This document shows positions 26,107-32,000 of a DNA stretch of 32,000 nt, piece by piece. Location: contig CAJGBI010000002.1 of assembly GCA_904424815.1 (NCBI GenBank), positions 610,206 to 642,205 of the forward strand, given 5' to 3'. This DNA is from Puniceicoccaceae bacterium Marseille-Q1082. GTDB lineage: Bacteria; Verrucomicrobiota; Verrucomicrobiia; Opitutales; Intestinicryptomonadaceae. The notes beneath the pieces were generated by a model. It ran no database searches, had not been told where the DNA came from, and was given only the letters and a program-made list of their open reading frames with translations. Both the position numbers and the translations under genes were made by a program. Numbering within the stretch: position 1 is the first letter of the stretch; the number at the start of each line of letters is the position of its first letter.

Positions 26107-27007
26107 ACTTTTGCTTCTGCTTGCCGCGCTCTCGGCGGCGGGAATATGCGTCGACTTTTTCGGCGGAAAAGACGCGAACCTCGAAGTCGCGCGGAGGATT
26201 TACGCCGGCGCCGAAACCGATTCGGGGCCGCTATACCGCAACTGCGCCGTCGGGCTCGAAAAGGCGAAGGCGGCGGTTGACGCCTTGAAGCGCGGGGACT
26301 CCGCCGCGTTCGACAGGCTGATGTTCCAGTCGTACGTAAACTTCCAGTCGTCGAATAAGACCGCCGCGGAGCCGTATCTCATAGAGGCTGTAGATTTGCT
26401 GGCGGGCGCGGGGCAGCCGAAGTGGCTGGCGGAGTTCATAAAGCTCGGAAACGTCTCGGTGGACTTCGCGATATGCGTTTACGGGTGCGCGGGAAGTCCG
26501 GGGATAATGGGGGCGTTCACGTACGATTTCATTGAAAAAAATTTTAAGGGGACATCCGCGCGTTCGTGGCTCATATGGGCAAAAAACGACTACCGAAAGA
26601 TTTCTGCAGAAAAAGCCGAGCGCGACCTGATATACGCGGGCGTGACGTTCGGGCTCCCGCAGAAAAATATGGAGTTGTCCAAGTGGAAGATTTTTTCCCG
26701 CCCGCTCGCGGCGTATCTGTCCAAGCTGAAAGGGAGGGAGGACTTGTACAAAGTTTTCAGGGAAAAGTCGCTTTCTCCCGACACCCTCCATGAAGTCCGC
26801 GCGGGGCTTTTCGAGTATTGCGAGTACGCCGCCAAAATTTTCGCCCGCTGCGGCGACCCCGCCGCGTCCGTCGCCCTTTTGGAGAGCCTGCCGGACGGGC
26901 GGAGAAAAAACCTTTCGATAAAGCGGACTATCCGCGGCATTCTGAAAAGCGCCGGCGGGCGGGAGGAAATCGAAAAATCCGAAATCGGGCGGATTCTGGC
27001 GGAGTAG
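26096..27007 (+). CDS. Hypothetical protein with N-terminal signal/anchor, coupled to the ligase-like gene
   Basis: 303 aa, GTG start overlapping the upstream stop; MKYKLLLLLAALSAAGICVDFFGGKD signal-like N-terminus then helical soluble domain. Confidence 0.7.
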   Translation: MKYKLLLLLAALSAAGICVDFFGGKDANLEVARRIYAGAETDSGPLYRNCAVGLEKAKAAVDALKRGDSAAFDRLMFQSYVNFQSSNKTAAEPYLIEAVDLLAGAGQPKWLAEFIKLGNVSVDFAICVYGCAGSPGIMGAFTYDFIEKNFKGTSARSWLIWAKNDYRKISAEKAERDLIYAGVTFGLPQKNMELSKWKIFSRPLAAYLSKLKGREDLYKVFREKSLSPDTLHEVRAGLFEYCEYAAKIFARCGDPAASVALLESLPDGRRKNLSIKRTIRGILKSAGGREEIEKSEIGRILAE

Positions 27008-27014
27008 GCGCGGC

Positions 27015-27632
27015 TCAGCTCCTGCCGCCCTTGGAATACTTTTCCACGGTATTTTTGTTTACCGGCGTGGAGTCCACGCAGAATACGACTTTCACGAGCG
27101 TCAGAAAAAATATTTTCGCGTCGAGCGCGAAGGAAATTTTGTCGACGTATTCGAGGTCTTTGGCGATTTTGCGGTCTACGGTGATCTCGTTGCGCCCCGA
27201 GACTTGCGCCAGGCCGCTCAGCCCGGGCAGGACGTCGTGGCGGCGCATGGATTTTTCGTCCAGGGCGTCCAGCTCGTAGTCCAGAAACGGCCGCGGCCCG
27301 ATAAACGACATGTCGCCTTTGAGTACGTTGAAAAACTGAGGGATTTCGTCGAGGCTCGTCTTGCGCAGGAACGCGCCGACTTTCGTTATTCGCCGCTCGT
27401 CGGGCAGCAGCTTTCCGTCCGCGCCGCGCTCGAAGGACATTGTCCTGAATTTGTACAGGTTGAATATCTTTCCGCGCAATCCCGCGCGCCTTTGGGATAT
27501 CACGGCGGGCGAGCCCATGGAAACCCTTACCACAGCCCATATGAGCGCGAATGCCGGCGACATCAGGATTATCAGCAGAGCCGAACCCGCGGCGTCCAGG
27601 AGCCTTTTTATGCAGTCTTTGTAAAGTTTCAT
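27015..27632 (-). CDS. Initiating undecaprenyl-phosphate sugar transferase (bacterial sugar transferase family)
   Basis: Start MKLYKDCIKRLLDAAGSALLIILMSPAFALIWAVVRVSMGSPAVISQRRAGLRGKIFNLYKFRTM...DERRITKVGAFLRKTSLDEIPQFFNVLKGDMSFIGPRPFL...PGLSGLAQVSGRN. Confidence 0.95.
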   Translation of the reverse strand: MKLYKDCIKRLLDAAGSALLIILMSPAFALIWAVVRVSMGSPAVISQRRAGLRGKIFNLYKFRTMSFERGADGKLLPDERRITKVGAFLRKTSLDEIPQFFNVLKGDMSFIGPRPFLDYELDALDEKSMRRHDVLPGLSGLAQVSGRNEITVDRKIAKDLEYVDKISFALDAKIFFLTLVKVVFCVDSTPVNKNTVEKYSKGGRS

Positions 27633-27744
27633 TTTCCGAGTGGGGATTGCCCGTCCTCTTCCCGCCGCGCCGATTCTCGGCATTCTGCGGAATCGGCAAA
27701 TAGTAATATATTTAAGAATAAAAATACGGGGTGTCGAATCTCCG

Positions 27745-29079
27745 TCAAGATATTTTGCTCGGGCCTCCCGAAGCGTGGTCGGCTCCGCAGAGAGGAGTTT
27801 TCCCCGAGGAAATTTCGGGCGCGCGGTTTTCTCCGGAGCGCAGAAGGCCGGCGAGCGCGGCGCCCGCATAAATCCAGACGATGGGCATCATGGGGTAGTG
27901 GTACCTGTCGGTCACCATGAACGGAAGCGTGAGGGCGACCACGAGAACCGGCGCCGCCGCCAGGGCGTTGCGGGCGCGCGGCGGGCTTTTGAGGTTTTTT
28001 GCCAGATACAGAGCAAACAGCGCGAGAGCCGCATAGTACGCGAGGCTCTTGACAAAAAGCCCCGCGCAGTATTTTACCGCGAACGCCTTGTCAGACAAAA
28101 TTTTTTCCCTTATCGACGACAGGCCAGTGCCTTTTTCGAAACGCTCGCTCCATGTGTCGAACCCGAGCAAAACCGCGGTTTTCAGAGGCAGCTGCGAAAG
28201 GTACGCGGCGGGGTTTTCGGCAATCCATCCGGCGGCGGCGTCCCTGAACAGGGCATCTTTTTGGGCGAAGTTCAAGCCGCCGAAACCGGCCGGAATTTTT
28301 TTGCGGTAAAATTCGTCCCTTTCAAAGCCGAACCCGACGAGGCCGTTGGCGAACTTGTTCGCGCTTCCTGCGAGGTTGAGGCCGGAGGTTGCGGACTGGA
28401 AGGCGAATATGCCGCATGAGGATTTCGATGCGAAGCCTATCGCCGCCGCCGCGAGCGCCGCCGAGGCGCATAGCGCCGCAATTCGCGCGAAGGCGTATTT
28501 GCGCTCCAATGCGGCGTACAGGGCTATTCCCATGAAGTACGCAATCGCAAGCGGCCTTATCCAGTTGCCGAGCGCGAGCATAACCCCCGCGAGCGCGAAG
28601 TTCGCCCACTTGGATTTCGGCAGAACCGCCGCCGCCACGGCAGCCGACATTGAGAACGCGAACGGGACTTCCGAAAAATACCCTATGGGCAGAAACCAGT
28701 TGCTGTACGCCGCGGCGTAGAGGAGCGCGGAGCACGCGGCGGCGGTTCTGCCGAAAAATTTTTTCGCGACGAAGAACACGGAGGCGAGAATGCCAGCCGA
28801 CATCAGCAGGTTTATCCAGCCGAATCCTCCGAACGTCCCGAAAATCCTGCGGTGCAGGACGAGCATGTTTACGTATCCCGGGGCAAAGAGGAAGCTGTCG
28901 CCGAGGTTTGTTTCCGACGGATACCAGCCGCCCGATTCCATTGCGCGCTCCGCGCAATAGAGGTAGGTTTTTTGGTCGTCGGACGGCGCGAATCCCGCGT
29001 TTTGCAGGAGCAGTAAAACCTGAGCGGCAAACAGCGCGGCGACGGCCGCCAAGGCGATTTTCCCGATGTGGTCGCGCAT
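27745..29079 (-). CDS. GT39-like polytopic membrane glycosyltransferase/mannosyltransferase-type protein
   Basis: MRDHIGKIALAAVAALFAAQVLLLL...SDDQKTYLYCAERAMESGGWYPSETNLGDSFLFAPGYVNMLVLHRRIFG; acidic first loop and many TMs. Confidence 0.7.
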   Translation of the reverse strand: MRDHIGKIALAAVAALFAAQVLLLLQNAGFAPSDDQKTYLYCAERAMESGGWYPSETNLGDSFLFAPGYVNMLVLHRRIFGTFGGFGWINLLMSAGILASVFFVAKKFFGRTAAACSALLYAAAYSNWFLPIGYFSEVPFAFSMSAAVAAAVLPKSKWANFALAGVMLALGNWIRPLAIAYFMGIALYAALERKYAFARIAALCASAALAAAAIGFASKSSCGIFAFQSATSGLNLAGSANKFANGLVGFGFERDEFYRKKIPAGFGGLNFAQKDALFRDAAAGWIAENPAAYLSQLPLKTAVLLGFDTWSERFEKGTGLSSIREKILSDKAFAVKYCAGLFVKSLAYYAALALFALYLAKNLKSPPRARNALAAAPVLVVALTLPFMVTDRYHYPMMPIVWIYAGAALAGLLRSGENRAPEISSGKTPLCGADHASGGPSKIS

Positions 29080-29080
29080 C

Positions 29081-30502
29081 TCAAAAGGGCTTTGCGAGCG
29101 CGAAGGCGGCCGCGAACGCCGCCAATAGCGCGTAGTTGGATTTCGTCTTGAACGCATACACCAGCGGGTCGGAGCTCACGAGCCCCCGCGCGGCGTCGCG
29201 CCAGATTTTCCACAGGAAAAACCCTATCGGAAGCGTTCCCAGCAAGAGCGCGTCCGGATTTTCGTAGTACGCCCTCGCCCCCCTCTGCGTGTAGACCGCA
29301 TACACCGCGACCGAGAGCGCGCAGGAGGCGATTCCCGCGGCGCGCGCGGCTTTGGCGTTCGCCCGCCCGTATCCGCGCGCGCGGGCGGTCTCGGCGCTCT
29401 CGGAGAGCTCGACGCACCTTTTGAGCAGAGCGAGCCCCAGAAACAGGAAGACCGAAAACGCGGAGAGCCAGAACGATATTTTGCAGTCTATGGCCTCTCC
29501 GCCGCCGAGAACGCGCAGATAGTAGAGGCACGCTAGAACCGCGACGTCCACGAATGCCACGCGCTTGAAGGCGAAGGAATACCCTATTGTTATTGCGGCG
29601 TAGGCGGCGAGCGCGAGAGCAAATTCCCGCGGGAGGGCGGCGGCCGCCGCCACCGCGGCGGCCGCGAGCGCGAGCATCAGCGCGATTCCCGCGGGTATGG
29701 GGAAGTCTCCCGAAGCGAACGGGCGGCTGCGCTTGCTGGGGTGCAGCCTGTCGGACTCGATGTCGAGCAGGTCGTTTAAAATATACGTCGCGGAGGCGCA
29801 GAAGCAAAACGCGAGAAACGCTGCGGCGGAGTTCAATGCGTCGCCTAAATTAAAATATCTGTGGCTCGAAATCAGGGCGACGAACACGAGCAGGTTTTTC
29901 GCCCACTGGTGCGCGCGGACGGCGCGAAGGGCGGCGGACGCCGAAAGCTCCGCGCCCCCGCCGATTCTTACGGTCTCTTTCCCCCCGAGCCTCCTGCGGA
30001 TTTTCTCCGCGAACTTTTCGCCGCCGACAACCGCGGCTGTCCGCGATTTCTCCCAGACCGGAATGTCGGATGGAGAGTCGCCCATATAGTCAAAGTTGCC
30101 GTCGCCGAAAATTTTTGAGCAGAGGGCGGCCTTGTTTTCGCCTTTGAGGTTGATGGTTTCGGAAGAGCCGTATACGCCGTCGAACAGCCCCGTCCGCGCC
30201 GCGATTTTCTCCGCGAGCTTTTCGTCGCACGCAGTGACGAGCCAGATTTTTGCGCCCGCCCTTTTGCGCTTTTTTATATAAGAGACCGCCGCCGGATTTA
30301 CCGGAAGCCTTTCGGCGAATTTCCCGAATTTTTCCGCCAGCCTTCTTTTTGCGAATGCCCGCCCCCTTGCGAGCATAAGCGGGACGAGCGCCAGGTAGAA
30401 CGGGTTTTTGCGCAGGGCGCGCGCGACGAGCTCCCAAAGGGAATCCGAGCGAATCAGGGTTCCGTCGAGGTCTACGCACAAGTTGTCGGCGCTGCGGGGC
30501 AT
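29081..30502 (-). CDS. Fusion of N-terminal HAD phosphatase-like domain with C-terminal UbiA prenyltransferase domain
   Basis: MPRSADNLCVDLDGTLIRSDSLWEL...YMGDSPSDIPVWEKS (HAD) and AVRAHQWAKNLLVFVALISSH...ATYILNDLLDIESDRLHPSKRSRPFASGD (UbiA, DPPR-synthase-like). Confidence 0.93.
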   Translation of the reverse strand: MPRSADNLCVDLDGTLIRSDSLWELVARALRKNPFYLALVPLMLARGRAFAKRRLAEKFGKFAERLPVNPAAVSYIKKRKRAGAKIWLVTACDEKLAEKIAARTGLFDGVYGSSETINLKGENKAALCSKIFGDGNFDYMGDSPSDIPVWEKSRTAAVVGGEKFAEKIRRRLGGKETVRIGGGAELSASAALRAVRAHQWAKNLLVFVALISSHRYFNLGDALNSAAAFLAFCFCASATYILNDLLDIESDRLHPSKRSRPFASGDFPIPAGIALMLALAAAAVAAAAALPREFALALAAYAAITIGYSFAFKRVAFVDVAVLACLYYLRVLGGGEAIDCKISFWLSAFSVFLFLGLALLKRCVELSESAETARARGYGRANAKAARAAGIASCALSVAVYAVYTQRGARAYYENPDALLLGTLPIGFFLWKIWRDAARGLVSSDPLVYAFKTKSNYALLAAFAAAFALAKPF

Positions 30503-30651
30503 TGCGGGGCAGTGTATAAGGCGCCAAGATAAGCGGCGCGGGAGGCCTTTGGCAAATAAAAACGGTTTTGCGCGCGCCGCGCGATTTTTTGTTTTACGGC
30601 GGCTTGACTTTTCCGATTCGGGTTATAAACAGAGAGAATTTTTTTACGGAT

Positions 30652-30795
30652 ATGGAAACGAACAGCGAAACTAAAAAGGAAAGCCGCGAGTGCGGCAAGG
30701 GCGAGGCTATCCGCCGCGGCGCCAACATCCAGAAGTACGTGGACAACTACGACAGGATTTTCCGCAAAGGCTCTTCGAGGGCCAAATCCAAGTAG
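30652..30795 (+). CDS. Small basic hypothetical protein (47 aa)
   Basis: METNSETKKESRECGKGEAIRRGANIQKYVDNYDRIFRKGSSRAKSK; isolated small ORF in an intergenic region. Confidence 0.5.
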   Translation: METNSETKKESRECGKGEAIRRGANIQKYVDNYDRIFRKGSSRAKSK

Positions 30796-30882
30796 CATTC
30801 CGAACGCGCGCTTTTGCCCGTCCGATGATGCGCTTTGGAGCGGCGGGTAGAGGGGGAATTTCTGCGCCGGCAGCCGTCGGCG

Positions 30883-31878
30883 TCAAAAGCTTTCGGGCCT
30901 CCAAAGCAGCTTCCGGAGCATTCTAAACGCCCGTATGAGACCGCGCAAAAACTCTCCGGCAATTGGTACGGAATAGGCTTTCGACATCATTCCGGCGGTT
31001 TCCCCCGCGGTGAGCGAGGCGAGGAATTCCCGCTTGCGGCGGTCGTCCGCGCCCGCGAACTTTATGTGGCGCGCGAGCCATTCCGCGTATGAAATGCGGT
31101 ACGCGAACCTGTGCGCGCGCGAGCCGTTCATGAGGATTTCCTTGAACAGTCGGTTGCGGTTGACGATTTCCTCCCGCGTGGGTCCGTTTGACGTATTTTT
31201 GGAATCCTGCCCCGCGTGTATGCGGTACACGAAGAGGTTTTTGTCGGCGAGCACGACGGCCTTTCCGCCGCCCGTCGCGTCTATCATTACGGGGGTGTCG
31301 CCGATTTTTCCGTACACGTTGGGGCGGTTGCGCGCGCGCAAGTCGGCGGTTCTGTATATCGCCGACGAGTACGACGCCCGCCCGTCGCAGAATATGTAGG
31401 CGGCGAAGTCCTCGCGGCTTTCAAAGGCGAAGGCTTTTCTGGACGCGCTTTTCCATTCGACGCGCCCGCCGCTTTCGACGCGCATGTACGAATAGTTTGA
31501 GGCGAGCACCGCGACGTTCCCGAAGGAGTTTATCGCAGCCACGGCGCATTCGACGTACTCCGGATTGGCGAGGTCGTCGTCGTGCATGAACATCGCGTAC
31601 TTGCGGCTTGCGCCTGCGAGGGCGGCGTGGAAGTTGGCGTCGGCGCCGATGTTTTTCGGGTGGCGGACGTAGCGGAATTCTCCCTCAAAGCGCGGCCGCA
31701 TCTCCTCCACGGTTTCCGCCGTTCCGTCGGAGCTCGCGTTGTCGTACACGGACACGGAGAATCCCCGCGCGGTCTGGGCGAGCAGGCTTTCGAGCGCCTG
31801 GCGAAGGAGGGGCGCCCTGTTAAAAGTCAAAACGCAGACTTCCAGGTCGCTGGCGGTTATTTTGTCCGGAGTGTCCAT
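30883..31878 (-). CDS. Glycosyltransferase family 2
   Basis: DLEVCVLTFNRAPLLRQALESLLAQTARGFSVSVYDNASSDGTAETVEEM...MFMHDDDLANPEYVE. Confidence 0.92.
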   Translation of the reverse strand: MDTPDKITASDLEVCVLTFNRAPLLRQALESLLAQTARGFSVSVYDNASSDGTAETVEEMRPRFEGEFRYVRHPKNIGADANFHAALAGASRKYAMFMHDDDLANPEYVECAVAAINSFGNVAVLASNYSYMRVESGGRVEWKSASRKAFAFESREDFAAYIFCDGRASYSSAIYRTADLRARNRPNVYGKIGDTPVMIDATGGGKAVVLADKNLFVYRIHAGQDSKNTSNGPTREEIVNRNRLFKEILMNGSRAHRFAYRISYAEWLARHIKFAGADDRRKREFLASLTAGETAGMMSKAYSVPIAGEFLRGLIRAFRMLRKLLWRPESF

Positions 31879-31899
31879 ATTCGGCGCGGCCCCTGCGGG

Positions 31900-32000
31900 T
31901 CAGGAGCGGTTCCTTTTTAGAAGCCTTTTTGCGGCGGAGCGGCTCAGTCTTCGGAAAAGGCGTTTGCATTCGAGCCATGACAATTTTAGAACTGCGGCGG
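31900..32000 (-). CDS. Possible C-terminal end of a CDS starting beyond the right edge
   Basis: Minus frame open from window edge: AAVLKLSWLECKRLFRRLSRSAAKRLLKRNRS*, stop at 31900-31902; tight spacing before the GT2 gene. Confidence 0.4.
   Translation of the reverse strand, partial: AAVLKLSWLECKRLFRRLSRSAAKRLLKRNRS

Noticed and set aside
27633-27869. N-terminal extension of the sugar transferase ORF up to 27869
   Set aside because: The extension lacks a hydrophobic or conserved segment and resembles translated intergenic DNA; MKLYKDCIKRLLDAAGSALL is the expected family N-terminus.
28869-29807. 312-aa minus-strand ORF overlapping the GT39-like and UbiA-fusion genes
   Set aside because: Arg-rich, out of frame with both supported genes on the same strand; frame-shadow artefact.
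1-32000. Search for CRISPR arrays, transposases, retron/toxin-antitoxin or phage-defence modules, and tRNA/rRNA genes
   Set aside because: By eye no regularly spaced repeats, recombinase/transposase motifs, reverse transcriptase YxDD context, toxin-antitoxin pairs or tRNA-like cloverleaf sequences were found. A tool-based scan would be needed for a firm negative.

Overview
High-GC, gene-dense bacterial chromosomal window. No rRNA, tRNA, CRISPR array or transposase was recognised. The gene style looks compatible with a Verrucomicrobia/Opitutales-like or related Gram-negative genome, but that is inference only. Left part: the 3' end of pstS, then pstC, a greatly enlarged pstA, pstB and phoU. 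These are followed by a strong factor-independent terminator and a structured noncoding gap. Next come an AraC-type regulator and a MacA / MacB-ATPase / MacB-permease / outer-membrane-factor tripartite export operon with its own candidate promoter. From about 11.7 kb to the right edge lies a surface polysaccharide/LPS region. It contains heptose precursor genes (gmhA, gmhB-like, hldE), a GT9, several GT4/GT2-like transferases, wecB, a polymerase-like membrane protein, an acyltransferase, a Wzx-like flippase, an F420-hydrogenase-beta-like plus pyruvyl-transferase pair, and an O-antigen-ligase-like protein. It also contains a secreted or anchored orphan protein, an initiating sugar transferase, a GT39-like membrane protein, and a HAD-UbiA fusion. 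I see no convincing wholly new system. The best second-look items are the roughly 280-residue insertion in PstA, the HAD-UbiA fusion next to a GT39-like protein, orphan genes in the polysaccharide region, an apparent antisense-oriented terminator upstream of araC, and a 14-bp hairpin between divergent operons.
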